Assembly (NCBI RefSeq): GCF_963506605.1
Contig: NC_083280.1
Location: forward strand, 36,208,001-36,272,000
Source of the DNA: Zootoca vivipara
Taxonomy: Eukaryota
Reading direction: 5' to 3'
Length of the DNA: 64,000 nt
Part shown: piece after piece, positions 13,234-25,930 of the stretch
How positions within the stretch are numbered: the stretch's first letter is position 1
How the letters are laid out: every line of letters begins with the position of its first letter
The notes under the pieces: generated by a model
Told to the model about the DNA's origin: nothing
Seen by the model: only the letters and a program-made list of their open reading frames with translations
Database searches by the model: none
Made by a program: the position numbers and the translations under genes

Positions 13234-15267
13234 GTCTAAACTGTGCTTGCATTGTGAGATAACGTTGATTATTTGGATATGGTGATTAAAAAACAGGTAG
13301 AATATAGCACACACGGCTGTTATCTGTTCCAGTGGTGTGCAGTTTGTTAAGGATTCAGGTGTACCCCCAAATCACAGTAAGGAGTTATGCTTGCACCACA
13401 TGATACCTGCAATATTGCACTAATCTCACTTCCCTTCTGGAAGGTAAAGGAGAAAACTATCACACAACAAAAATGTGGAGTTAACAAGTGTAGCTTTGAA
13501 TTGAGACAAGGTATATTTGTTTTTTCTGAAAGGACATGGTTTGGCTTTTTTTATGAAAGAACACAAGTCCTAAGTGCTTATTGCGCATGACATTGATTTT
13601 GCATGGTTCGTAGGCAATTCAGTGAAAGTATTCTTTATTTGTATCACTTTACTTTCTATAGCTACATCTAGTTTTCAGTGATCACATGCACATTTGCATT
13701 GCCCACATAAGAGTGAAATACGGTAATTTTGGAGGTTTGGTTGTCATAACTTGCTCTCAGAATGTTTTGTCTCTGCATAGTGTTCTGCTGTTATCAGGCT
13801 TAAGTACTTACTGGAGTAAGTTGTCACTCGTGAGAGTTACCCCCTAAATATCATGCACACAACTATGGAACTTAATGCAACCAATGAGGACATTAGACCA
13901 TTTAAGTCTTTCATAACCTTGTGCCCTCCAGATGTTTTTAACTACAGTTGCCTTAGTCAGTGTGGCCAATGGTAAGAGATTATCAGAGTTGTAGTCCAAC
14001 TTCTGGAGGGCAGTAGGCTGGATATGGTTGTCCTATGAGACAGCATTTTCATATAAAGTTTGGGGTGCACTAAATTAGCTTTTCCCAACATGGACCTCTT
14101 GAGATGTTTTTGACTACATTTCCCTTTAGTCTTTGCCAGCATGGCTGTCCAAAACATCTGGAATGCTCCAAGTTGGGAAAACTGTTTCTCTTTTAATGCA
14201 AAGCAATCCTGCACAAGATGTGATCCACCAAGCTGCACGTAGCTCCAGCAATGTTATGGTTATTGAGATGCTTGACAGTTCCCTGGCTTTTGCAATCTTG
14301 ACTACAAAATAGGAAATGAACCTGATGGCAACAACACATAGTGACTTGTAGATGGATTTTTTTGGGAGGGGAGGGTCACAGCTTTTGCAGTGTGCATTTA
14401 GATTTTAGTAGGAAGTCTTATGAGACCTCATGAATCAGTAGTTCAGTTATCGATAATGGATATGTGTTTTAACTTCCCATAAAGTCATGTTAGCTTCTAC
14501 TATAATAGCAGTGGCTTTCAAGATCTATTTCCCCTTTTTTCCACTTAAGTTGTATCTTAGATAATGGAAAACTAGTGCTATAGGTTGGCATACATCTTGA
14601 AAGTCCTTAAAATGTGTTTGGGGGTAGGAAGTTAGTACTGCCATGTAGGTATTGAAGCAACGTGGACCTGTTACTTTACCATAAACTAGAACCAAGATCA
14701 TGTTTCCGTCCCAAGGAATTGAATGTTTTGTTTCCTTTGAGGCTCCAGACAGTAATGAAGATGTGGTGGTGGCGGCAATATTTCACAGCACGGTTTCTGG
14801 TGCTGTATAGTGTTGAACTGTACACTACAGATGTCACATGTTGCTGTCTTGACTATAAACTGATTGTCAACCAGATCATGTTGTTTCAAGTTTTTTATAT
14901 CCATGCTGATAATGAACATTGGGCACTCTGGTCTGTGAAGAATGTATTCTCCTGAATTTTGAATGTATCCTGTTTAATAATAATTACTTTTGTCAGGATT
15001 TAGAGCACAGGAAAAAACTGAAGATAACCTTCCCCTCCTTTTTTTTTTTTTACAAAAAGATAAACCTACATATTTTGTGGTTGTTGCCTTTTTCATAGTT
15101 TATCTCACAAGTAATCAAACGACACAGCCTATACTTTCTTGTCAAAGGAATTAGATTTATGTTTTCTTTGTAAATGGAAGAGAATATTAGAAATCTTTTT
15201 ATTAAAATGTGAAAATGTTTATCTGTATTTTTGATCATGTTATAGATATAATAGGTATATTGTTACA

Positions 15268-15273
15268 AATAAA
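15268..15273 (+). terminator. Probable ING5 polyadenylation signal
   Basis: AATAAA after an AU-rich UTR-like tract, followed by a GT/T-rich element. Confidence 0.5.
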
Positions 15274-15532
15274 GTATTTTTGAGAACAAACAACTGCATG
15301 TTTTGTTTGCTTCTGATGTATAGTGTGCAAATGGCAAGTTCATGCTACCAACAAAATGTATGTAAATATACTTCTAGCATTTAGTTGGGTCTTGTGGAAA
15401 ACGCTGATTACTTGCATGTATAAAGGTGGACAAGATAATCTTGGATCCTGTGAATTGTCAAACCCAGCTAAATGCACTAAGGTGACGTAGAAATTTGAGA
15501 GAACACTGAAGTGTCATTTGGTTGATCTATTC

Positions 15533-15768
15533 CATGGGTCCCCAAACTAAGGCTCGGGGTCCGGATGCGGCCCAATCACCACCTAAAGGAATCAGCATGT
15601 TTTTACATGAGTTGAATGTGTCCTTTCATTTAAAATGCATCTCTGGGTTATTTGTGGGGCATAGGAATTCGTTCATATTATTTTTAAAAAATATAGTCCG
15701 CCCCCCCCCCCCACAAGGTCTGAGGGACAGTGGACCGGCCCCCCGCTGAAAAGGTTTGCTGACCCCTG
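15533..15768. mobile_element. hAT-type non-autonomous element (family of 304-544)
   Basis: Shared core gaatcagc...tttaaaatgcatctctgggttatttgtggggcataggaattc; ends gctgacccctg. Confidence 0.8.
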
Positions 15769-16149
15769 ACTATTCTGAAACCAGAAAAAGTACTATGTTG
15801 GAAATAAATTCCCAAACCCACTAATAATCAAAGAATAATCAAAGTCACAAAATCATTAACAAAACTCTTCATGAGGGTGGATGTTAAGCAAAAGGGAAGG
15901 GGGGAAAACTTGACGAAACCACAAAAGAGCATCCTTTGCTTTGATCTTAAGTATATTGATTACAGCAACCATGAGTACCAAACTGCAAAACCTAGCACAC
16001 TACCACTGTTCATCCATGTACAAAGCTGGATCTTTATCGGTGAAACGGTGCCGGATGCGATTCTCAGATCTAGATTGCAGCACCTGGTACAAAGTTTCAA
16101 CACTAGTTTGGAAACAGTGGTGCTGATAACAACCTAAATCTCTTCCCTG

Positions 16150-16263
16150 TTCCTCTGCTGACAAACGTCAGCTCCCTCTGCCAGTAAAGCGAAATGAGCG
16201 CCGCAACCCCAGAGTCGTTCACGATTGGACTTGACTGTCAGGGGTCCTTTACCTTTACCTTTA
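16150..16263 (+). mobile_element. Sauria SINE 3' fragment
   Basis: gagcgccgcaaccccagagtc and (ACCTTT)n tail. Confidence 0.75.
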
Positions 16264-16969
16264 GGCTTGACTGTCTACGTGCATCCCCTGTTGGTACTTA
16301 ATAGGCAGAAGAGAGAACCAACAAATTAGATGGCAAAGGCAAAAAGGAACTCTTACAGCTCTGCATGGGAAAGACTGAAGTTGCTCTTTGGGTACAGGTT
16401 CAAATATGTGAGGGTGTGGACTACAGTTTAATTCAGTGGCTGCTGTTTTCTACACTTTTGAAAAGCTACATTTCAGCTGTGCAAGTCTAAACACGCAGGC
16501 AAGAAACACATTAGCACAGATCAAGGACCCATTCCAGCTAGGCAGAAGCATTCAAGGAGGGTGTGGGTGAAAGAGATGTCTTGGCAGAGGGGGCAGAGCC
16601 TGGGAAGCGTTTGGAGGGCCAGACAGATGTCTGCTGGGCCGTATTCAGCACTTGGGCCTAAGTCTCTCCAGGCCTGGTGGGAGGAGATGTGCATATCTCG
16701 TTCGAGGCAAGTATTTTCAATCAGTAATGTGGATAATACGAAAAGGGTAAGAACAGGGCTTATTACCATCAGGCAGTATATAAAACTTGTGAAATAAAGA
16801 TAAATTCTTTCTGCATCTCTTTTTGCCTCAGAGCAGCTTACAATAAACCCCCCCCCACACACACACACACAAAATGGCAAATTAAAATGCATCTAAAGTA
16901 TTATTAACTTTAAAAGGGCTGAAAATAATGGAGCTAATATGACAAGATATGCGAAAAGGTAGATAGGCA

Positions 16970-17460
16970 GACTTAACGCGCTCGCGCGTGCGCACAAACT
17001 CCGAGCGCATCCTCCCCGCGGCTCCGCTCCTTTCTTGGCTCCGCCCACACGGCGCGCCTCTTCTCTGTTTGGTCCGGAAAACAGCACGAGGGGGAGGAGC
17101 GAGCGAAGAAGCGACCGGAGGAGCTGCCTAACGAGAAGTGCGTGAGATCCCGTGGGCCCCGTTCAAGGTGAGCGCAGAAAGGGCGGCTGCAAGGGCGCGC
17201 GCTGGTGATTTCTGGGCTTGGCCGCGTCTTTGGCTGCGGCCGGTTTCTAGCGAGCTGCCTGCTCTCCGGAGGCAGCGGTGCCTGGGCTTGCACTTCCCTC
17301 CCGGTCCTAAACACCAGAATCAGCTCCAGGAAAAGGGGCGAATCTAGGTCTGACACCGCGTCTTGCTCTGACATCGATCGCCTTCACTTTATGTTTGCAC
17401 CCAAACAGTGACTCTGAGGGACCTGAGGCTCCCTCCTCTTCCCCGCAAGATAATTCGCGG
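16970..17460 (+). promoter_or_regulatory. D2HGDH CpG-island promoter and probable non-coding first exon ending at 17167
   Basis: CpG-rich; NRF1-type GCGCGTGCGC at 16984-16993; GC box near 17041; donor AAG|GTGAGC at 17167/17168. Confidence 0.65.
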
Positions 17461-17745
17461 CCAATAATAACATGCCTAATGGAACTTCACAAAGGAAACA
17501 GCCATGTTAATCCGTTACAGCAAAATAAACATATATAAATAAACTGGCTTATAATACATGCCAGCTAAGTGCATGGCAGTTTTAAGAGTGCAGGAGAGGG
17601 CACCTCCTTGTCCCAGAACGCTTACAATCTTAAAAGTTCAATACAGGAGATCATGAGGAGGAGGAGAGGGAAGTGGAAACGGAAGCAACAGCAGTTGTTT
17701 CAGTTGGATTTGCTTCAGTTACAGACTGAATTTGAGTAGGGCAGG

Positions 17746-18097
17746 CAGGTCCGGATTTAGGTTTGATGAGGCCCTAAGCTACTGAAGGTAATGGGACCCT
17801 TTATATGTCCGACTGTCCTTTGTCAACACCAAATTGTCGCTGTTTTTTGTGTTGAATACTGTATATGCTATATGGTAATTTATGGACCTAATAGGTATCT
17901 AAAGCCATTTGCACATAACAAATAGGAGACTACACAAAACACAAAACACTGTTGCTGTATGTAGGTTTTATTTTATTTGTCTAACTTATAGTTTGGAAAT
18001 GTACATCACGGTTTTTTTTCCTTTAAATTTTTTGGGGGGGCCCAAGAGAGTGGGGCCCTACGCTATAGCTTGTTTAGCTTATACATAAATCTGGCAG
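17746..18097. mobile_element. hAT-like non-autonomous element
   Basis: Imperfect TIRs caggtccggattta ... taaatctggcag; gggccc subterminal motifs. Confidence 0.55.
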
Positions 18098-18410
18098 GTA
18101 AGGGCAACCTCTGGCACTCCAGATATTGCTCCCAGCATCCATGGCCATTAGTCATGCTTGATGCTGGGGCTGATGAGGGTTGTATAGAAACAAGAGGGTT
18201 GTGCTTTTCTTCTATGTTGTTTCATTAATGCTGTGTCCTGAAGCTATCCTACCTGTGATCGTGATCTTTCACTTCCTGAAGGAGTTCTCTTTCATGGTTA
18301 CCTCTCCCATGAAAAGAGATAGCTGAAAATAAAATAAATCGAGTCGAGTGCCTTTCGGAGGAAGTTGATCAAACTGGGTGTTTATTTTGCTTTTGCAATT
18401 CAGGTTCTTC

Positions 18411-18816
18411 ATGGCTGTTGTTTGCAGCCTTGTCCGGCATTTCCCGTTTAGACACCGCTGGTCCTTACCAAGGTTGCAGATTGGATGCCAGAGAAAAGCC
18501 TTGGCTGTGTGGACATGTGGTTTCCCCCGGTCCAAATTTAAGAAAGAAGGAACAGGGCCATTGAAGAGAGAAGTGCTCACCATGCCTTCCATCCGATGGA
18601 GCATCAGTCACTTGGCCAAGAGAGGTCTGCATGCTACCCAGCTTCACCTCCAGGAAGTGATGCTCACCAGCGAGCGATATAGGGTGCAGAGGCTTCCCTT
18701 TGCCCATGTTTCCAGTACTGATGTGTCTTTCTTTGAAAACCTTATGCCTGGCAGAGTCATCACAGATTTAGATGAACTGAAACTCTTCAATGTGGACTGG
18801 CTGAAGTCTGTAAGAG
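18411..18816 (+). CDS. D2HGDH: D-2-hydroxyglutarate dehydrogenase, mitochondrial, first coding exon
   Basis: Acceptor before 18404; Arg-rich presequence, then [13 protein letters not shown]...NVDWLKSVR(G); alternative in-frame ATG at 18582. Confidence 0.88.
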
Positions 18817-19215
18817 GTACGTTATTTTGACAAACTGCTTTAAGTATTTTCTACACCAGCCCAATTGGGTTGGACTAGAAATTTCATGGCTGTGCTATCT
18901 GGGGCTGATGGGAGTTGTAGCCAAAACACCTGGCAAACATCAGGTTGGGGAAAGCTGGGCTGTACGTACTGGAAGCCATTCTCCAGAGTCTGAGGCAGGT
19001 GTGTTTCTCAGCGTCACCTGGAGATTCTGGGGACTGAAACCTGGACCACGTGCTCTGCCACCGATCTCCAGCTCTTCCCCTTAAGGCTATAAATCTGCAA
19101 TGTACGTTTTGTTACATGCACATGAAGTTTTAACCATATTAATCAGCACAGGTATATTTTTATTTGGGAGGTAGTAGGGGAAAGTGTTGTGTGGGCGAGC
19201 TTCTATTCATGTTTC

Positions 19216-19305
19216 CATAGCTGCCAAGTTATCCCTTTTTTACAGGGATTTTCCCTTATGCTGAATAGGCTTCCTCGCGAGAAAAGGGAAAACTTGGCAG
19301 CTATG
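19216..19305. mobile_element. 90-bp hAT MITE (catagctgccaag termini)
   Basis: TIR catagctgccaagtt / aacttggcagctatg; flanking TGTTTC duplication. Confidence 0.8.
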
Positions 19306-19345
19306 TGTTTCAGATGAATGTTCTCACATCTTGTTTACATTACAG

Positions 19346-19403
19346 GCTGCAGTAAAATATTGTTGAAGCCACGGACAACAGCAGAAGTATCTGAGATTCT
19401 CAG
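19346..19403 (+). CDS. D2HGDH: D2HGDH coding exon 2
   Basis: CSKILLKPRTTAEVSEIL(R). Confidence 0.93.
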
Positions 19404-20630
19404 GTAACATAAAAACTGTGTTTCCGTGAACTCAATAAACAGCATTAGAGATGTCTATATTTGGAGACTGTGCCTTACTTCTGTCTTGCTCACCTGTGTT
19501 TTAAGATATGTATATTATCTTGTTTTTCATCACTATGAGTCATATTCAGAAGCCATATGATGATATCCCAGAGTCCTTTCTTATGTGTCTCTCTCTGTAT
19601 CCTCTCTGATAGACAGAGGCACATCAACACCCAGTACAAGCATTAGGTCAGTACTCTTTAAAGAGGAATCTATATTCACCTTCTTTCCTTCCTTCCTTTT
19701 CTCTCTGTGAGCAGCAGCTGAATCATATAGAGAGTCAATCACATTTGAAGGTGGTCTGTTCTCCTGTCTAGCAGCTTTTACCATTAGGAAGTTTCTTCAG
19801 CTGTTAGCGAGAATCTGCTTCCCTGCAGTTTCCTCCCATCAGATTTAGTCCTGTCCTTTAGAGTAACAAAGAGCAAATCTTAGCTTTTAGTGTGTTAGCT
19901 AAACTGAAAAAATGCCTCCATAAATATAGTACAGTATTCTGTTTGTGTTTTTATTACTAAATAAGTTAATTGATGATAGATGAGATGATTTCAAATAGAA
20001 TATGGTTCCTAACGTGCATGTACTGTGAATCTAAAAGCTATAGGAGTGGTTTCTTAGTCTCTTTTCCTATGTACTTTTCTCCCTCATTGCTTGTTTTCCC
20101 CTCTTTGTATGATGTTTAAGTGAAAACTCCATGAAATTAAACTAAGGGTGAGCTAGCTGCCCACTCCTGTGTTAAAAGGATGCATAGCATCTCAGGGCTC
20201 ATTTACACATGCAGGTAGATAGGTCTACAATCATGTGGCAAAAAGTGTGAACCGAGAGCCCATGCAAGACAGCTTGCAGCCACTTCCAAGATCCTGGTCA
20301 GACTTCCCCCCATCACTGCTACCACCGCAACTGCAGGCAGGCACATCACACCGGCTATCTTCGTGTGTACCACTTAATTTACACTTGCGTGGCACCTTCA
20401 TATTCTTTAGGATTTTGAATCTCAACCCACTATTTGAAGTCTTACTGAAGTAATGGGATTAGTGTGCGTTTTAAAACTATTGAGTAGTAGCAGCCAAGTT
20501 TACTCCTGAATCAGTCTAGAACGTTGATCTTAAAAAAAGACTTTTTAGTTTCACTAGGATCGCCTTTTCAAAGGCATTATAAAATGCCCTTAGGAACAAG
20601 ACCCCATGGGCAAAATGTGTTCCCTTTCAG

Positions 20631-20770
20631 GTACTGCCATGAGAGGAACTTGGCTGTGAACCCTCAGGGGGGTAACACTGGCCTCGTTGGGGGCAGCGTC
20701 CCTGTCTTTGATGAGATCATTCTCTCCACAGCTCTTATGAACCAAATCATCAGCTTTGACAACGTTTCTG
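20631..20770 (+). CDS. D2HGDH: D2HGDH coding exon 3 (FAD-binding)
   Basis: [32 protein letters not shown]. Confidence 0.96.
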
Positions 20771-21380
20771 GTAAATATATCTTCCCAGGGCAGGGAAAAT
20801 GGCTACACTATCTCATTCTCCTAAATTAGGGAGTAGGGAGTGTAGCCCTCCAGATGTTGCTGGTCTGCAACTCCAGTCATTCCTGGCCATTGGCTCTCCA
20901 AAAACATATGGAGGCCCACAGATTCCTCAACCCTGTCTTAAGAGTTTCCATCAGGGAGGACAAAATGGGAGGTTCTTGAACCCTGAACGGCAGAGCTGAT
21001 TCCTCCCTCTGCCAATAGCAATGGGATGTAAGCTCAAATAAAGGGGAGGCGAAGGTGGTTTTCTATTCAGAAGTGTTGGGAGGTCATTGCCTAGTAGCAC
21101 AAGCCAGAAATAACAGTTGGACAGCAAGAAGTGTTATTCTGGTTGTGTTGCTGGCATTAAATGAAAGAATTGGACAATGATGGCAATAAACAAACAAGAA
21201 AACCCACCTCTCAGATCCTTGATGCTGAGGCTGGTTGGGCAGGGGGGAGAATGTTACTTCGTTGCCAAGCCTCTGATCCCCCTCTGACAGACAGTAGATT
21301 TCTTTGGGTTTAAATTACGCCAACAGATAAAGGAAGTTTGCATTCGTTTCTCAGACTGTAACTGGATACTGATTTTTCAG

Positions 21381-21574
21381 GAATCCTTGTTTGCCAGGCT
21401 GGCTGCATTTTAGAAAACCTCAACCAGTACCTGGAACAGCTGGATTTCATCATGCCGCTTGACCTCGGAGCAAAGGGCAGTTGCCACATTGGAGGGAACG
21501 TAGCTACAAATGCCGGCGGCTTGCGGCTCCTGCGCTACGGCTCTCTCCGAGGGACAGTCCTAGGGCTAGAAGTG
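21381..21574 (+). CDS. D2HGDH: D2HGDH coding exon 4
   Basis: [13 protein letters not shown]...[41 protein letters not shown]. Confidence 0.96.
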
Positions 21575-22105
21575 GTAAGATGAAACTTGGAAAACTGCTT
21601 CCCATATTTTATCTTCTTCTTGTCCTTGGCCATCGGAGGGATGAACTAGAGGTCCACAAAGCCCTAGCTGGTGGCCCATCAGCCCCCTTGACCTGATATG
21701 GCACCCAGACATGGGTGGGAAGTCCAGGAGATAAGCAGATGTTCATCCTCATCATGTCACTGAGCTGGTTGGGGAGGTTTCAACCTCTCTGCCTACCCAG
21801 CGCCACCATCGGGATACAGATCACTCCCTCCTCCTCACTCACCAAGTGATTGTTCTCACAAGCAGTTGCGAAGGGAGAAATTGTATCTGTATCCTGTACA
21901 TGAACCTGCCTGCCTGCCTGCATATCTTCCCCAATGTGGATATCATGTGTGTATGCACACACTGGTGTGTATGTGTACATATGCTGTGGTGTGTGTATGC
22001 TAGCTGTGGGTGGCCATGCCCACATCATAGCCCCACTCGGACGTGGTCCCCTGGAGATGTGGGAAGGTGGTGACTTGGCCCTTGGACCCCAAAAGGTTAG
22101 CCACC

Positions 22106-22365
22106 CCCATCGTTCAGCCCGGACACTGAGGTCCAGTCCAAAGGCCTTCTGGCGGTTCCCTCACTGTGAGAAGTGTGGAACGCCATACCATCAGATGAAC
22201 AACTGTATCTGACTTTTAGAAGACATCTAAAGGCAGCCCTGTTTAAAGAAGTTTTTTAATGTTTGATGTTTTATCGTGTTTTTAATATTTTGTTGGGAGC
22301 CACCCAGAGTGGTTGGAGAAACCCAGCCAGATGGGCGGGGTATAAATTATTATTATTATTATTAT
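22106..22365 (+). mobile_element. L2-like LINE 3' fragment with (TTA)n tail
   Basis: Same family as 6222-6575, opposite orientation. Confidence 0.75.
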
Positions 22366-24139
22366 TTTATTAATTTTTTTTCTCTCATTGCAAATATACT
22401 TATAGCATACAGTTTAGATAACGTCTCCCCCTCCCTCCCTTTGAACTTCCCTCAACTTCCATTTCTGATTTATTATCCTCATTATTGTATTCTGCTATTT
22501 TCTACAAATATCATATTTTTCTTTTATTACATTATTTGTTCCCTATCCATAAAGTTGTGAATGTTTATTAAAATCCTACCATCAAGTCAATATTCTTTCT
22601 TTGTTTCTGCAAATATAATATAAAGGGTTCCCACTCTTTTTCAAAATCCCTATTGTCTTTATCCCGAAGTCCGTCTGTCAGCTCTGCCAACTTCGCATAA
22701 TTCATCAGGTTTTTCTTGCCATTGTTCTTTTGTTGGAATTTCTCCAGTCTTCCAGTTCTGTGCTATCAATATTCTTGCCGCCGCCGTAGCATACATGAAT
22801 AACGTCCTTTTCTCTTTTGGCAGATCTTGCCCTAAAATACCCAACAGAAAGGCTTCTGGCTGCTTAACAAATGTTATTTTAAACATTTTTTTAATTCATT
22901 GTATATCATTCCCCAATATACCTTAACACTTTTGCAATCCCACCACATATGGTTAAAGGTCCCTTCAACCTCTTTGCACCTCCAACACTCCCTCTATTCA
23001 TTTTTACCGGTGATATATCTCATCTATACATCATCTTCATATAATTTTATTTTAACAATATACAGTCCGTGAATTTCAAATTTACTTTCCAAACTTTTAT
23101 CCAATCTTCGAATTGTATATTGTGACCTATATCTTGCGCCCATTTAATCATAACTGCTTTTACTTCCTCATCTTTCGTTTCCCATTCCAAAAGGATATTA
23201 TACATCTTCGTTAATAGTTTTTAGTTATCTTCTATTACTTCCTTTTGGAATTTGGAAACCATGTATTAAAAGCCTTTCTTATTGTCCTCTTTGAAGATAT
23301 CTTTTAGCTGCCTATGATGTAACCAATATTGAAGATGTTCTTTTATTTCAAATATAGATATTTAGCAATATTCTCAGTTTACCATAGATAAACGAGTAGT
23401 GCTATAAACAAGTACAAATGTTATTTTAGAAACCTTGATGAGTTACCATTTTTAATGACCTTCAATGAGAGAGAGTTGTACAGTTCCCTTTCTTGGTGTT
23501 TTGGTCCATGAAGATGCTAAACTTCTGTTTCCATAAAGAATTCTTCCACTCTTGTAAATTCCTGTTCTAATATTCCCAACAGTTTGAATCTAGCTTGTAA
23601 TCCAAAAGTCTTCCAACAAAGGAGACAAATTATAATCCAAATGATATTTGTAATCCAGGTGAAGTCTACTCTCCAATAAATACCAGTAGTATCTCCAGCA
23701 GTTTTAATCCACTGCACAGCCCTGCTCAACCAAGGTTCTCTTTTTCTTTTCTTTTCCTTCTCCCACTTTTCCAGGCACTTCACCTCCCTGAGGTTAATCC
23801 CCAGTTATGGCAAAGGGTTCCCCTGCCAAGCTTTGGTAGGATTTGCAAAGATCCAGGGTCCTTTTTCTTTTTCATTCATAAAATCCACCTCTCCATTCAT
23901 AAAAGACTTCACTCCATTCATAAAGGCTCCACTTTTAGTTCATAAGGATAGTAGTTCATAAGGTCAGATTCTTTGTATCCAAAAAAAAGAGGGTCTGTTA
24001 CTCTTTTGCCACATGCAGGTTAACTTGTAACAAGGTGCTGATGGATTTTCAAAAAGTCTTTACCATTCACAAATCTTCGCTGCAGTTTCCGTTTCCCAAA
24101 ATACGGAAGTCGACTTCCTTTTTAAACTCCATCTTCGCC
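22366..24139 (-). mobile_element. L1/Tx1-clade LINE: ORF2 3' end joined to an apparent 5' segment
   Basis: Minus strand encodes CWRCKEVEGTFNHMWWDC (CCHC knuckle) and LFMYATAAARILIAQNWK; T-tract (poly-A) at the left end. Confidence 0.75.
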
Positions 24140-24205
24140 AAATTATTATTCTAGATGCAAATTTTAATTAAAAATGTCTATAGTCATTTGGCCATAAATA
24201 CCTGG

Positions 24206-24461
24206 TTTGGACTCCTGCAAACCTAGCAGTCCAAAAGCATGTCAAGGTGCAAGTAGATAAATAGGTACCGCTACAGCGGGAAGGTAAACAGCGTTTCTGT
24301 GTGCTGCTCTGGGTCACCAGAAGCGGCTTTGTCATGCTGGCCACATGACCTGGAAGCTGTACACCGGCTCCCTCGGTCAATAACGCGAGATGAGCGCCGC
24401 AACCCCAGAGTTGGTCAAGACTGGACCTAATGGTCAGGGGTCCCCTTTACCTTTACCTTAC
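24206..24461 (+). mobile_element. Sauria SINE, 5'-truncated
   Basis: gtgcaagtagataaataggtaccgc body and (ACCTTT)n tail. Confidence 0.85.
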
Positions 24462-24887
24462 CTTGTTTGGAAAGTCTGCTGCTTGAGGTGGCGGATCGTG
24501 GCTTCAGCTATTGGAGTGCGATTTAGCCGTGAGCGAACTCTAGCTGCTGTCTCCCCCCCCCCCCTGCCGATGCAGTGGCAGGGCTCCGTGAGCGTGCGAG
24601 TTTCTTAAATTATTGTTGTTGTTGTTGTGTTGTTGTTGTTTCACTCCCACTTCAGATGTGCATCCTGTTAATTATTGAATTGTAATCTCTTCATTCCATT
24701 TCAGATCCAACTTTGCTGCTGTACTGTCTTTTTTAAAAGTTCCCTCCTGAAATATTCTGTGTGATGGCAACTAATTAATTTAACCGAAAATGTTATGTTT
24801 AATCTTATTGTAGCCTTTAAAAAAACAAAACAAAACACACGCCCTCTCAAATATATCAAGGAATTATCTAAGGATGTCCTCTTCCAG

Positions 24888-25056
24888 GTGCTGGCTGATG
24901 GCTCTGTTTTGAACTGCTTGTCATCTTTGCGGAAGGACAATACTGGCTATGACTTGAAGCAGTTGTTCATTGGGTCTGAGGGGACCTTGGGCGTCATTAC
25001 GGCAGTATCCATTCTCTGCCCACGAAAACCCAAGGCCGTGAATTTGGCATTTCTTG
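24888..25056 (+). CDS. D2HGDH: D2HGDH coding exon 5
   Basis: [38 protein letters not shown]. Confidence 0.96.
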
Positions 25057-25114
25057 GTAAGAGCCATTCTCCTCTCTATTTTCAGAAGTGTTATTTGTAA
25101 CTACTAGAGGTATT

Positions 25115-25476
25115 CCCAGGTGGCGCTGTGGGTTAAACCACAGAGTCTAGGGCTTGCTGATCAGAAGGTCGGCGGTTCGAATCCCTGCAACGGGGTGAGC
25201 TCCCGTTGCTTGGTCCCAGCTCCTGCCCACCTAGCAGTTAGAAAGCACATCAAAGTGCAAGTAGATAAATAGGAACCGCTCCGGCGGGAAGGTAAATGGC
25301 GTTTCCGTGCGCTGCTCTGGTTTGCCAGAAGCAGCTTTGTCATGCTGGCCACATGACCTGGAAGCTGTCTGCGGACAAACGCCGGCTCCCTCGGCCTATA
25401 GAGCAAGATGAGCGCCGCAACCCCAGAGTCGGACACGACTGGACCTGATGGTCAGGGGCCCCTTTACCTTTACCTT
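25115..25476 (+). mobile_element. Sauria SINE, near full length
   Basis: ggtggcgctgtgggttaaacc head, ACCTTT tail, TSD TAGAGGTATT. Confidence 0.9.
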
Positions 25477-25734
25477 TAGAGGTATTTTAGCAATACTAGA
25501 CTTGGACACAACTCTGCTTATGGTGAAACTGGTACAGCCCTCAAAGACAAATTGGTTGTATTTATATTTTGTTTCCACTGAATATGATGACTGACTTATT
25601 AGGAAAGGTTGGGATAAGAACAGAGAAAGCAATTGGCATAATCAGCAGGGTAAGAGCAGAAAATGCAGTTAACGTAACCAACAGATCACTTTTCACATAT
25701 GTCTGGAATAGTTCTGGGCTGAGCTTCAAAATCA

Positions 25735-25930
25735 GGGTGTGTGATGGTCATACAGGCAGCAGGGTGAATTGCCTGCCTGGCCCAAAGGTTGCAGATATTG
25801 CCTGCCGCTCAGATAGCCTGGTGGACAATGCTAGGGAGGAGTCAGTGGTCATGGGACATGTTGGCACCAATGACATGGGGAAATGTAATCATGAGGTCCT
25901 GGAAGCAAAATTTAGGCGGCTAGGTAGGAT
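25735..25930 (+). mobile_element. CR1 LINE ORF1 (esterase domain) fragment
   Basis: VNCLPGPKVADI...VVMGHVGTNDMGK matches the CR1 ORF1 CLPGAKV / HVGTND motifs. Confidence 0.75.
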
